A stretch of DNA of 64,000 bases from an uncultured Candidatus Saccharibacteria bacterium (GTDB lineage Bacteria > Patescibacteriota > Minisyncoccia > Minisyncoccales > JANBVM01), in NCBI GenBank assembly GCA_964450805.1, contig CAYVDD010000001.1, positions 393,288-457,287 of the forward strand, written 5' to 3'. Below the pieces are notes generated by a model, which did not search any database, was not told the DNA's origin, and saw nothing but the letters and a program-made list of their open reading frames with translations. Positions 18,872 to 28,623 of this stretch are shown in pieces. Position 1 is the stretch's first letter. Every line of letters begins with the position of its first letter. Both the position numbers and the translations under genes were made by a program.

Positions 18872-19444
18872 ATGAATATGAAAATCGTAATTGGCTTGGG
18901 AAATCCAGGAAAAGAATACGAATTAACAAGACACAATCTTGGCAGATTGATTATTAAAAATTTTCAAAAAGAAATTAAATTTCCTAATTTCAAATTAAAG
19001 AAAAAATTTCAGGCTTTAATTTCAGAAGGTAAGACAGGTAAAGAGAAAATTATATTGGCGCTCCCTGAAATATTTATGAATTCATCGGGCAGAGCAGTAA
19101 AATCATTAACTGCTAACTATAAACTATCAATCAAAGACGTCTGGATTATTCATGATGATTTTGATATTGAATTGGGAAAATTAAGAATTTCTAAAAACAG
19201 AAGTTCTGGAGGGCACAAGGGAATTCAATCAATAATTAACCAATTAAAAACAAAAGATTTTATCCGTTTTCGCATCGGAATAAAGCCAAAACGTCTGCCT
19301 AAAAACTTAGATAAATTTGTTCTTAAAAAATTTACAAAACAAGAAAAAGAAACTATTAAAAAAGCTCTTAAAAAGTGTGTTAAAGCGCTTGAATTTGCAT
19401 TAGAACAGGGATTAGAAAAAGCAATGAACGAGTATAATAAATAA
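18872..19444 (+). CDS. pth: peptidyl-tRNA hydrolase
   Basis: Motifs GLGNPGKEYELTRHNLG and HDDFD. The second ATG at 18878 gives the canonical MKIVIGLGNPG N-terminus. It sits about 7 nt after a -10-like ATAATA (18865-18870; -35 TTGAGT at 18841-18846, 18-nt spacer). Confidence 0.9.
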   Translation: MNMKIVIGLGNPGKEYELTRHNLGRLIIKNFQKEIKFPNFKLKKKFQALISEGKTGKEKIILALPEIFMNSSGRAVKSLTANYKLSIKDVWIIHDDFDIELGKLRISKNRSSGGHKGIQSIINQLKTKDFIRFRIGIKPKRLPKNLDKFVLKKFTKQEKETIKKALKKCVKALEFALEQGLEKAMNEYNK

Positions 19445-19450
19445 AAAAAG

Positions 19451-19473
19451 AAGGTTGTAAAGAACACAACCTT
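19451..19473. terminator. bidirectional hairpin between pth and a convergent small ORF
   Basis: 8-bp perfect stem AAGGTTGT (19451-19458) / ACAACCTT (19466-19473) with a 7-nt loop. It is A-rich upstream and T-poor downstream on the + strand. Confidence 0.45.
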
Positions 19474-19481
19474 AATGTAAA

Positions 19482-19646
19482 TTAATTTTCAAAGACACGC
19501 TTAATACTTCTCAATATTAAATATGGTACCCCAATAAACCACGACAATCCTATGAAAGCTATATCTTTTACATCCTCTATCAGAGGATCAAATAATTCCT
19601 CCCAGAAATCTTCACAGCAAACACTACTATCAATATCATTTTCCAT
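19482..19646 (-). CDS. small hypothetical protein (54 aa)
   Basis: Not in the track because it is under 60 aa. The ATG at 19644-19646 is preceded by a strong SD (GGAAGGAGAGATAAATG). The product is MENDIDSSVCCEDFWEELFDPLIEDVKDIAFIGLSWFIGVPYLILRSIKRVFEN, with an acidic N-half and a hydrophobic C-half. Confidence 0.4.
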   Translation of the reverse strand: MENDIDSSVCCEDFWEELFDPLIEDVKDIAFIGLSWFIGVPYLILRSIKRVFEN

Positions 19647-19822
19647 TTATCTCTCCTTCCTACTTCTATTTTAAAACATCTTTTTTTATATCTAACTATA
19701 AAACATATAATTAAAAAGTCAAATATTTTAAAAATTTTAAAATTACTGTTATAGTTTAATAATTATGTTTTCATCTTCTAAAGATTGGACAGAAATGTTT
19801 TTTTATTATTAAATTAAATCCT

Positions 19823-21895
19823 ATGAAATTAGTAATTGTAGAAAGTCCTACGAAATCTAAAACTCTTAAAAAGTTTTTAGGCAAAGATTATAAAGTCGCA
19901 GCAACAATGGGACATGTTCGTGATTTGCCTGTAAAAACTCTTGGCATTGACACAGAACATGATTTTGCTCCTGAATATAAAATTATTGAAAAAAGAAAAG
20001 ACACAATAAAAGAACTAAAAAAAATAATCAGTAAAGTTAAAAAAATATATTTAGCAATGGATCCTGATAGAGAAGGAGAAGCTATTGCCTGGCATTTAAG
20101 TGAATTATTAAAACTCAAAGATGCCAAACGCATTGTTTTCCATGAAATTACAAAACAAGCAGTTGTTAAAGCAACAAAAAATCCAAGAGATATTGACATG
20201 CAATTAGTTGATGCTCAGCAAGCAAGAAGAATTTTGGACAGACTTGTTGGTTACAAATTATCACCTCTTTTATGGAAAAAAATAGCAAGAAGATTATCTG
20301 CTGGAAGAGTTCAATCAGTAGCTGTCCGATTGGTTGTTGAAAGAGAAAAAGAAATTGAAGATTTCAAACCCCAGGAATATTGGAGCATTGAAGCTCTTTT
20401 TGAAAAAGAAAAAAAAGAATTTAAAGCAATACTTATTAAAAAAGACAATGAAACAATTCCTAAACTAGGAATTAAGAATAAAAAGGAAGCAAATAAAATT
20501 GTAAAGGATTTAAAGAAAGCTGAGTATAAAGTTGTTGATATTGAAAAGAAAGAAAGAAAGAAAAATCCCCTTCCTCCTTTTACCACTTCAACTCTTCAGC
20601 AAACAGCATGGAAAAGATTCCGTTTTTCAGCAAAAAAAACAATGTTATTTGCTCAAAAACTATATGAAAATGGTCTTATTACTTATCACAGAACAGATTC
20701 TTTAAATCTTTCCCAGCAATCTCTGTCCCAAGCCAAAGAATTCATTATTAATACTTATGGACAAAACTACTGGCCAGGATTCTTCAGAAAGTATAAGGCA
20801 AAAGGGAAAGTTCAAGAAGCTCATGAAGCAATAAGGCCAACTTATCCAGAAAAAACTCCTCAAAGTTTAAAATTAGATAAAAATACCTTAAAGCTCTATG
20901 AATTAATCTGGAGCAGATTTATTGCTTCTCAGATGAGTGCAGCTTTGTTTGATTCATTAAAAATTGATATTGCTGCTGAAAATTATCTGTTCAGGACCAG
21001 CGGACAAACCTTAAAGTTTGATGGTTTTTTAAAAGTTTATCCTTTGAAATTTGAAGAAGCTATTCTTCCAGCTCTTGTTGTTAAAGAATTGTTGAGATTT
21101 AAAAAACTGCTTTCTTTGCAGCATTTTACCCAACCACCACCAAGATATACTGAAGCCAGCTTAATTAAAACTCTGGAAGAAAATGGAATTGGAAGGCCTT
21201 CAACATATGCCCCAATACTTTCTACAATTCAATTAAGAAACTATATTGAAAAAGATGAACAAAAACGTTTCAGGCCAACTGAGATTGGAATCAGAGTTAA
21301 TGATTTGCTGGTAAATCATTTTCCAAAGATTGTTGATATTGGCTTTACAAAGGGAATGGAAGAAAGCTTAGATAAAATAGCAAAAGGTGAGAAAAAATGG
21401 GTTCCAGTTATTAAAGATTTTTATACTGATTTTGAAAAAACTTTAAAACAAAAAGAAAAAGAAATCCCTTATAAAAAATTAACTTATGAAAAAACAAGGC
21501 AGAAATGCCCTAAATGCGGAAGCCCTGTTGTGGTAAAGCTAGGAAAATACGGGAAATTCTATGCCTGCAGTAATTTTCCAAAATGCAAATACACAAAATC
21601 GCTCAAAAAAAATACATTAAAAATAAGATGCCCCAAATGCAAAAAAGGAGAAATTATAGAAAAAAGAACTAAAACAAAAAAAATATTCTATGGCTGTTCA
21701 AACTGGCCTGAATGCGATTTTGCTACTTGGGACAAACCTCACAGTAAAAAAAGATTATTATTGAATTTAGGCAAAAAAACTGTAGAACAATGCCCGGAAT
21801 GTAAATCTCCTTTAGTTGAAACAAAAAGAGGTCTCATTAAGTGCTCAAATAAAGAGTGTAGATATATTAAACAACCCAAGCAGAAAAAAGAATAA
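19823..21895 (+). CDS. topA: DNA topoisomerase I
   Basis: TOPRIM N-terminus KLVIVESPTKSKTLKKFLG. Active-site Tyr region ITYHRTDS. Three C-terminal Zn ribbons (CPKCGSPV..CSNFPKC, CPKCKKGE..CSNWPEC, CPECKSPL..CSNKEC). Confidence 0.92.
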   Translation: MKLVIVESPTKSKTLKKFLGKDYKVAATMGHVRDLPVKTLGIDTEHDFAPEYKIIEKRKDTIKELKKIISKVKKIYLAMDPDREGEAIAWHLSELLKLKDAKRIVFHEITKQAVVKATKNPRDIDMQLVDAQQARRILDRLVGYKLSPLLWKKIARRLSAGRVQSVAVRLVVEREKEIEDFKPQEYWSIEALFEKEKKEFKAILIKKDNETIPKLGIKNKKEANKIVKDLKKAEYKVVDIEKKERKKNPLPPFTTSTLQQTAWKRFRFSAKKTMLFAQKLYENGLITYHRTDSLNLSQQSLSQAKEFIINTYGQNYWPGFFRKYKAKGKVQEAHEAIRPTYPEKTPQSLKLDKNTLKLYELIWSRFIASQMSAALFDSLKIDIAAENYLFRTSGQTLKFDGFLKVYPLKFEEAILPALVVKELLRFKKLLSLQHFTQPPPRYTEASLIKTLEENGIGRPSTYAPILSTIQLRNYIEKDEQKRFRPTEIGIRVNDLLVNHFPKIVDIGFTKGMEESLDKIAKGEKKWVPVIKDFYTDFEKTLKQKEKEIPYKKLTYEKTRQKCPKCGSPVVVKLGKYGKFYACSNFPKCKYTKSLKKNTLKIRCPKCKKGEIIEKRTKTKKIFYGCSNWPECDFATWDKPHSKKRLLLNLGKKTVEQCPECKSPLVETKRGLIKCSNKECRYIKQPKQKKE

Positions 21896-21944
21896 AAGAG
21901 AATTGACAAAGAAGAAATAGTAATGAAGAATTAAGTTGAGTATT

Positions 21945-22029
21945 GGGCAAGTGGCGGAACTGGTTTACGCGTAGCACTCAAAATGCTATGGGCTTTAAGC
22001 CCGTGTGGGTTCGAGTCCCACCTTGCCCA
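21945..22029 (+). tRNA. tRNA-Leu (anticodon CAA)
   Basis: Hand-folded cloverleaf. Acceptor stem GGGCAAG/CTTGCCC plus discriminator A. Anticodon stem TAGCA/TGCTA with loop CTCAAAA. Long variable arm GGGCTTTAAGCCC (class II). T-arm GTGGG-TTCGAGT-CCCAC. No encoded CCA. Confidence 0.9.
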
Positions 22030-22033
22030 CATA

Positions 22034-22057
22034 AAAACCGCTAAAATAGGCGGTTTT
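22034..22057. terminator. bidirectional intrinsic terminator
   Basis: AAAACCGC (22034-22041) / GCGGTTTT (22050-22057) with an 8-nt loop. It sits between the tRNA (+) and the convergent GlmU-like gene (-). Confidence 0.6.
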
Positions 22058-22072
22058 GCTCATATCTGCGAT

Positions 22073-23338
22073 TTATTTCTTTTTGTTCTTTATTAGTCCC
22101 TTAAATTTAGTATAAAACAACTTATCATCTTTAAGGTTTTTTATTACAACAGAGCTTGGACCAATAACACAATTAGAACCAACTAAAACACCAGGCATAA
22201 AAGAACAGTTAATTCCTGTTTTTGTGTTATCGCCCATAACGCAGCCAAATCTTGTCAAACCAGTTTCTATTCTTTTGTCTTTAATAATGCTTTTAATTAT
22301 TCCTCTATCAATTCTTACATTGGCAGTAATGGCATTAGCTCCTAATCTGCAATTTTCCCCAATTATTGAGTCACCAATATATCCTGAATGCATATGACTA
22401 TCTTTATTAAAAACTGCACCTTTAACTTCTGCGTTAGTACCAACCAAGCTTCCATCTTCCAGGTTAGTATGATCCCTTATCAAAGCGTTATTTCCTACAA
22501 CACAGTTATCACCAATATATACTGGACCTTTAATAACGGCATTTTCAAACACTTTTGTTTTTTTACCAATATATACCTTTCCTTTAATAACCGCCTTTTT
22601 TGAAATTTGGGCTGATTTTTCAATTCTTTCCTCTAAGAATTTATCAAATAAATAATTTTTCATTTCAAACAAGTGCCAGGGATATTTTAAAGTAGGAATC
22701 TTATGCTTTTGTTTTAAAATTACTGCTTGAATATCATTTTCTTTAGCATATTCACCCAAAGCATCTTCAAAATCATACATATGCTTTTTAACTTTTCTAT
22801 AGGTTTTAAAAAAACTGGGCTCTAGAATATATGCTCCTACTACTTTTATTTTTAATGTCTCTCTTCCTTTTTTTGGCTTTTCAATAATATTTAAAACTTT
22901 ACTGCCTTTCAATTTCATTATACCGAAAAGCTCAGGGTTTTTTGTCTTTTGTCCAAAAAGAAGATTTCTGTTTTTTTCTATCTTTGATTCTGTGTCTTTA
23001 ATTATCTCACCAATATTGACTTTTTCTGCATTAATAACTAAAAACTTTTCCTTTAGTAAGTTTCTCACCTGCCAGAGAGTATTACCCATTCCTTTTGGCC
23101 TGGCAAAATTAAAATATTTAATCCCAGCCCCTAACTTATATTTCTTGAGTTCTTTTTGAACTTCTTTTGTTTTTGACTGAATTATTGTTATTTTTGGAAT
23201 CCCTGCCTGTTTTAATCCTTTTAACGTATAAAAAATCAAAGGCCTGCCCATAACCTTTGTTAAGCATTTGTTTTTTTTATTCAACGGCCAGTAACGGCTT
23301 GAATGTCCTGCTGCCAATACCACGGCTTGTTTTATCAC
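22073..23338 (-). CDS. bifunctional sugar-1-phosphate nucleotidyltransferase / left-handed beta-helix acyltransferase (GlmU-like)
   Basis: N-terminus [21 protein letters not shown] (NTP-transferase G-loop). The C-terminal half has hexapeptide repeats ([22 protein letters not shown]...[15 protein letters not shown]...). Confidence 0.75.
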   Translation of the reverse strand: MIKQAVVLAAGHSSRYWPLNKKNKCLTKVMGRPLIFYTLKGLKQAGIPKITIIQSKTKEVQKELKKYKLGAGIKYFNFARPKGMGNTLWQVRNLLKEKFLVINAEKVNIGEIIKDTESKIEKNRNLLFGQKTKNPELFGIMKLKGSKVLNIIEKPKKGRETLKIKVVGAYILEPSFFKTYRKVKKHMYDFEDALGEYAKENDIQAVILKQKHKIPTLKYPWHLFEMKNYLFDKFLEERIEKSAQISKKAVIKGKVYIGKKTKVFENAVIKGPVYIGDNCVVGNNALIRDHTNLEDGSLVGTNAEVKGAVFNKDSHMHSGYIGDSIIGENCRLGANAITANVRIDRGIIKSIIKDKRIETGLTRFGCVMGDNTKTGINCSFMPGVLVGSNCVIGPSSVVIKNLKDDKLFYTKFKGLIKNKKK

Positions 23339-24309
23339 ATTAAAAAAGACAAAATTATTTTTACTACTTTATCAGAATCATGAACAATTTCTCCTGTTGA
23401 TGTTATCAGGTCTTTTCCAATGAATTTCTTTTTCCCTGCTAAATCTTTATCAAAACCAACTAAATTCAAAAATTCAGAATGTTTTTTCTTATTCAACCTC
23501 AATCTTTTAACAGTAGGTTTATTTGTATTGTAAATCACATAGTCCAGCTTACCCTTAAGGTATTTCTCTATTTCATTGCTAAAATCCAAAACACTAAAAT
23601 CATTAGTTTCACCGTGCTTTGTCATTAAATTAGCTATATATATTGTTTTAGCCCTGCTTTTTTTAATTGCCTCAGACATACCTTCTGTTAATAGAATTTG
23701 AAGTAAAGATGAATACAAGTCACCTGGTCCAATTACAATTAAATCAGCTTTTTTAATTGCCTCAATTGCTTTTGGATAAGCCTTTGCTTTTGGTTTTAAG
23801 AAAACTTTTTTAATCTTTAATTTCCCATCATGCTTGGGAATATCAATGTTGGTTTCGCCAGATATTGTCTTGCCGTTTTCCAGCTCTGCATGAAGGACTG
23901 AATTATCCAGGGTTGCTGGTAAAACTTCGTGCTTAATATTTAAAATCCTGCACATTTCATCACAGATTTTCCCATAATCGTTTTTTGTAGAAAGCTCTAA
24001 GGCAGTAATTAAAAGATTGGCAAAATTATGCCCTTTTAAACCACCCGTTTCAAATCTATAATTTAAAAGGTTTTCTATTACAGGAGAAGTATCAGCCAAA
24101 GCAATAAATGCTCTTCTGATATCTCCAGGAGAGACAATTCTATAGTCTTTTCTCAAGCGTCCGGCTGAACCTCCGGAATCAAGCATTGCGCAAATAACAG
24201 AGATTTCAACTGGATATTTTTTTAAACCAGCTAACACTGCTTTTGGCATAGCATTGCCGCCTCCAAGACAAACTATTTTTTTATTTCTATAATTTAGCTT
24301 CATGCGCAA
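23335..24309 (-). CDS. YvcK/CofD-family (UPF0052) protein
   Basis: Motifs [18 protein letters not shown] and [14 protein letters not shown] are characteristic of the family. Confidence 0.75.
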   Translation of the reverse strand: MRMKLNYRNKKIVCLGGGNAMPKAVLAGLKKYPVEISVICAMLDSGGSAGRLRKDYRIVSPGDIRRAFIALADTSPVIENLLNYRFETGGLKGHNFANLLITALELSTKNDYGKICDEMCRILNIKHEVLPATLDNSVLHAELENGKTISGETNIDIPKHDGKLKIKKVFLKPKAKAYPKAIEAIKKADLIVIGPGDLYSSLLQILLTEGMSEAIKKSRAKTIYIANLMTKHGETNDFSVLDFSNEIEKYLKGKLDYVIYNTNKPTVKRLRLNKKKHSEFLNLVGFDKDLAGKKKFIGKDLITSTGEIVHDSDKVVKIILSFLM

Positions 24310-24928
24310 TTTTTAAAATTTCTTTTTTAGAAATCTGACCTTTTCTTAAAATTTTAAGGCTCTCAATATCAATTACAGTAGAAGGCAAGGATTTTTTTAA
24401 ATTTCCAGCATCTAAAATCAAATCAGGCTGGTGTCTTTTATTTTTAAATTGTTTTATTACTTCTTTGATTTTTCCTGATGCTTTTTGTCCTGTAGTATTA
24501 GCTGACGTTGCTACTAAAGGAACGTTTGTTTTTTTAATTATAACATTTAAAACTTTATAATCAGGAATTCTTAAACCTATTTTTTTGTCTTTACTAATAA
24601 TAGCTTCAGGAAGATTTAAAGGTTTTGCCTTTAAGACTGCTGTTAATTTTCCAGGCCAGAATTTTTTTAAAAACTTTTCTTGAGCCTGACTAATAAAAGC
24701 TAAGGTTTTTGCGGCTTTAATATCTTTTATAAATACAGGGAAAGGCTTACTGGGTTTTCTTTTTTTAATTCTAAAAACTTTTTTAACTGCAGAATAATTT
24801 TCAACATCAGCTATTAAACCATAAACTGTATCAGTAGGGCAAATCACAACCCCTCCTTTTTTAATAATTAAAACAGCTTGTTTTAAAGCTGATTTTTGGT
24901 TTTCAGAACTGATTTTTAAAGTTTCCAT
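24287..24928 (-). CDS. tsaC: L-threonylcarbamoyladenylate synthase (TsaC/YwlC/Sua5 family)
   Basis: Motifs VVICPTDTVYGLIADVEN and VATSANTTGQ. Confidence 0.8.
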   Translation of the reverse strand: METLKISSENQKSALKQAVLIIKKGGVVICPTDTVYGLIADVENYSAVKKVFRIKKRKPSKPFPVFIKDIKAAKTLAFISQAQEKFLKKFWPGKLTAVLKAKPLNLPEAIISKDKKIGLRIPDYKVLNVIIKKTNVPLVATSANTTGQKASGKIKEVIKQFKNKRHQPDLILDAGNLKKSLPSTVIDIESLKILRKGQISKKEILKIAHEAKL

Positions 24929-25631
24929 TTTTTAAAAATTTAGAAACCCTCATAATATCTGCTGGGTTGCTTAAATCAAGCCAATAATCCTTAATTTGTT
25001 TTACTTTTACTTTTTTATCTTTTGCCAAAAGATTAATAGCATCAGTTAATTCGTATTCTCCTCTTTTTGAAAGCTTAACATCTTTTAATTTATTGAAGAT
25101 CTCTGGAGTGAATCTATATAAGCCAATATTTATTAAATTACCAATAAATTCCTTTGGTTTTTCAATTATATTCTTTAAAAATCCATCCTCAATATTCAAC
25201 ACTCCGTATTTTTCTGGATTTTTATGATTTAAACAAGCCATGTAATTATAATCATCATCAATATTGAAAGATTTAAAGTCTCTGGGAGAAAAAAGATGGT
25301 CTCCATAAACCATTATAAAGTTTTCATCCTTTATAAAATCTTTTACACATTCTAAAGCACAAGCTGTACCATACTTTTCTTTCCCTAAAACCTCAAACTG
25401 ATCCACAACACGAACATTATATTTCTCTTTAATTAAAAACTCTTTTATCTTTTCTTTTTTATATCCTACTACTAAAATCAGCTCTTTGTACCCTGCTTTT
25501 AAAAGATTGTCTAAAAGATAACTTAAAAAAGGAATATCACAAGTATTAATCAGCTGTTTTGGCTTGTTTTTAGTTAAATGAAGCATGCGAGTTCCTTTTC
25601 CCGCAGCTGCAATGATGACTTTTTTAATCAT
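24903..25631 (-). CDS. sugar-phosphate nucleotidyltransferase
   Basis: G-loop IIAAAGKGTRMLHLTKNKPKQLI; 242 aa; sugar specificity unknown. Confidence 0.75.
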   Translation of the reverse strand: MIKKVIIAAAGKGTRMLHLTKNKPKQLINTCDIPFLSYLLDNLLKAGYKELILVVGYKKEKIKEFLIKEKYNVRVVDQFEVLGKEKYGTACALECVKDFIKDENFIMVYGDHLFSPRDFKSFNIDDDYNYMACLNHKNPEKYGVLNIEDGFLKNIIEKPKEFIGNLINIGLYRFTPEIFNKLKDVKLSKRGEYELTDAINLLAKDKKVKVKQIKDYWLDLSNPADIMRVSKFLKNGNFKNQF

Positions 25632-25817
25632 ATACTTTTAAAACTCCGTCTAATACTCTCATTTTTATATTATAAATCCAAATAAATCAAGAAAATATCT
25701 GCAATAATTTGACAAAAATTAAAAGAGGTATTATTTTATCATTACGAAGAGAGGATTAGTCAAAAACTAATTCAATGATCTTTAAAAATTGAAAATTAAT
25801 AAAAAAGGTGAAAAAGT

Positions 25818-26339
25818 TTGGAATTTGATATAAAAGAATTTTTAAGAAAATTTAAAGAGAATTTAGATAAAGGACGAGCAGGAGCTTCTGGAATAGGCGT
25901 ATTCTGGGCAGTGTATAATGAAGAAGGAAAAATTCTTCTTATCGTAAGAAAAGAAATAGGCTCAATTTATGGTAAAGACCTTACTGGAAAATGGGAACTC
26001 CCTGGCGGCGGTGTAGAACTGTCGGATTTTGGAGATGATTACCAGGGAGTAATTTTCAACTCCGCAAGAGAATTAAAAGAAGAAACAGGATTACGATTAA
26101 ATAAATTGAAAAATATAGTTATGTTGCCAGCCTGGTTGGCAAAGAAAAACATAATTGACCTTGCTTTCGTGATTCCAGTGCCTTATGAGTCTGTAGAAAA
26201 AACAGAAGAATTTCAGAAATTATATGATAACAAGGAAGCCAAGTTTCTAGGTTTAGAAGAAATAGGAAAAATGGAAATAACTTCAGGTAGAATGGAGTTT
26301 ATGATTTCAGAAGCCTTCAAATATATTACATTGATTTAA
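25818..26339 (+). CDS. NUDIX hydrolase
   Basis: TTG start preceded by AAGGTG. The NUDIX box context is GKWELPGGGVELSD...ARELKEETGL. Confidence 0.75.
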   Translation: MEFDIKEFLRKFKENLDKGRAGASGIGVFWAVYNEEGKILLIVRKEIGSIYGKDLTGKWELPGGGVELSDFGDDYQGVIFNSARELKEETGLRLNKLKNIVMLPAWLAKKNIIDLAFVIPVPYESVEKTEEFQKLYDNKEAKFLGLEEIGKMEITSGRMEFMISEAFKYITLI

Positions 26340-26427
26340 ATTTAAAATTAATATTAAACGCTTCGTTTTTTTTAAAGAAGTGTTTTTTATTTGCCAAAAA
26401 TCAAGATTCAACGTATAATAAGCAATT

Positions 26428-27696
26428 ATGAAAAAAGCGTATGTGATAAAAGGAAGTAAAAAGCCTCTAAAAGGAGAGGTTAAAATTCAAGGCCATAAAA
26501 ACGCTGCTGGCCCTATTTTAGCAGCAACAGTTTTAACAAAAGAACCATGCATAATTGATAATATACCAAGAATAAGTGATATTTTAAATTTCATTAAAAT
26601 AATAGAGCAGATTGGAGCTGAAGTTAAATGGCTTAATCCTCATAAAATCAAAATAAGCACAAAAAATATTGATGTGAGGAAAATACCAGCAGACTTATTC
26701 AAAAAGATAAGGATGTCAGTGCTTTTAATTGGTCCCTTGCTTTCAAGATTTAAAATATTTAAAGTCCCTCATCCTGGAGGCGATAAAATAGGGTTAAGAC
26801 CAATTTATGCTCACTTAGATGCTTTAAAAGAATTTGGAGTACAAATCAAAGAACAATCTGGCTATTATATCTTTGAAGCACCAGCTAAAAAAACAGGAAA
26901 AAGAGTAGTTTTAAGAGAATTCTCTGTTACAGCCACTGAAAACATGATGATGTTGGCCAGCGGAATACAAGGAGAAAGTAGAATTGAAACAGCTGCCTGT
27001 GAACCGCATGTTCAGGATTTAGGAAGGTTCTTGAAAAAAATGGGGGTTAAGATCAAAGGTGCTGGCACTCACACCATTGAAATAAAAGGAAAAGAAAATT
27101 TAAATGGAGTAAAACATTCAATATGTCCTGATTTTACAGAGGCTGGTACATTTTTCTTGGCTTTTGCTTTAACTGGCGGTGAAGGCAGAATCAAGAATAT
27201 TGACCCAAGCGCTTTAACATTTTTCTTGGAGAAAATGAAGGATATTGGAGTGAATTTTGAAGTTAAAAAAAATGAAATCATAGTGAAAAAATCAAAAGAT
27301 TTTAAAGCTGTAAAGATTCAATCACTTCCATTCCCAGGATTTCCTACTGACCTCCAGCCACAGGCAACAGTTCTATTAACTCAAGCAAAAGGAAAATCAT
27401 TAATCCATGACCCTTTATATGAAAACAGGTTTAACCACTTGCAGGAATTAAGAATAATGGGAGCTGATATTGAAATTACTGACCCTCATAGAGCTTTAAT
27501 ATTTGGAAAAACTAAATTAGTTGCAAGCAACATTACTGCCAGTGATATCAGAGCAGGAGCAACTTTGATTTTAGCAGCATTAATTGCAAAAGGAACTACT
27601 AAAATTCATAATGTTCATCAGATCGAAAGAGGATATGAAAGATTTGATGAAAAATTAAGAAAAATAGGAGCTAATATTAAAATTAAAAATCTCTAA
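26428..27696 (+). CDS. murA: UDP-N-acetylglucosamine 1-carboxyvinyltransferase
   Basis: Motif KNAAGPILAATVLT. The active-site loop HPGGDKIGLRPI carries Asp (codon 26782-26784) where E. coli MurA has Cys115. Confidence 0.9.
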   Translation: MKKAYVIKGSKKPLKGEVKIQGHKNAAGPILAATVLTKEPCIIDNIPRISDILNFIKIIEQIGAEVKWLNPHKIKISTKNIDVRKIPADLFKKIRMSVLLIGPLLSRFKIFKVPHPGGDKIGLRPIYAHLDALKEFGVQIKEQSGYYIFEAPAKKTGKRVVLREFSVTATENMMMLASGIQGESRIETAACEPHVQDLGRFLKKMGVKIKGAGTHTIEIKGKENLNGVKHSICPDFTEAGTFFLAFALTGGEGRIKNIDPSALTFFLEKMKDIGVNFEVKKNEIIVKKSKDFKAVKIQSLPFPGFPTDLQPQATVLLTQAKGKSLIHDPLYENRFNHLQELRIMGADIEITDPHRALIFGKTKLVASNITASDIRAGATLILAALIAKGTTKIHNVHQIERGYERFDEKLRKIGANIKIKNL

Positions 27697-27714
27697 AAAT
27701 ATTTTTTCAAATAC

Positions 27715-27737
27715 AAAACCCGCTAGAAGCGGGTTTT
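27715..27737. terminator. bidirectional intrinsic terminator
   Basis: AAAACCCGC (27715-27723) / GCGGGTTTT (27729-27737) with a 5-nt loop and a T-run on the + strand. It sits between convergent murA and the oxidoreductase genes. Confidence 0.7.
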
Positions 27738-27754
27738 TATGTTTAAAAATTACT

Positions 27755-28621
27755 TTACTGAAATTTCTTTATCATTTTTTCCCAATCAACTTCTCTTTTA
27801 ACTTTATACCAAGGTTGTTTTAATGTTTCTCTTTTTTCTTCAAAGCTTGACTTGTTTACTTTATAAAAAACACCAATCGGGATTTTAGCACTCTCATCCA
27901 AAGAATAATTCCATTGATGAGCCTTTTTCAAAGCCTGCTCATAATTAGAACTGTCATGATTATCTAATTTATATATCCTCTCTTCTAAGTATTCTTTTTG
28001 ATTATTGTAAATCAAACAAGGCTGAAGTACATCAACTAAAGCAAATCCTTTATGCATTACTGCTTTTTTAAACAACTCTTTTAAATGATCTTTTTCATTA
28101 GTATAGCCACGAGCCACAAAAGTAGCTCCACTCACCAGAGCCAAAGCAATTGGATTTATCGGCTCTTCTGGTTTACCAAATGGAGTTGATCCACCAATAA
28201 ACCCTTTTTCTGAAGTAGGAGTAGCTTGTCCTGTTGTTAAAGCAAAGACCTTATTGTTATGAACAACCATTGTAAAATCAGTGTTGTAGCGGCAAGCATG
28301 AATAAAATGAGCCATTCCTTCAGCATAAGTATCACCATCTCCCCCAAAACCAATTACAGTTAATTCTGGATTACCTAATTTCATTCCAATACAGGGAGGA
28401 ATAACCCTGCCATGCAGGCTGTAAAATCCATTAATATTAATGTAATCAAAAATCTTAGCATGACATCCGATACCAGATGCCATTGCAATATTTCTTTTCT
28501 CAATCTTATTCTCATTCACTAAATCTACTAAAGCATTCTGCATAGCATGCAAAAGCATAAAATTATTGCATCCAGGACACCAGGTATTTATTTCTTTTGT
28601 TTGAAAATCTTGTATTTTCAT
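27755..28621 (-). CDS. 2-oxoacid:ferredoxin oxidoreductase, beta (TPP-binding) subunit
   Basis: N-terminus WCPGCNNF. TPP motif GFGGDGDTYAEG. It is adjacent to the alpha subunit. Confidence 0.85.
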   Translation of the reverse strand: MKIQDFQTKEINTWCPGCNNFMLLHAMQNALVDLVNENKIEKRNIAMASGIGCHAKIFDYININGFYSLHGRVIPPCIGMKLGNPELTVIGFGGDGDTYAEGMAHFIHACRYNTDFTMVVHNNKVFALTTGQATPTSEKGFIGGSTPFGKPEEPINPIALALVSGATFVARGYTNEKDHLKELFKKAVMHKGFALVDVLQPCLIYNNQKEYLEERIYKLDNHDSSNYEQALKKAHQWNYSLDESAKIPIGVFYKVNKSSFEEKRETLKQPWYKVKREVDWEKMIKKFQ

Positions 28622-28623
28622 AA

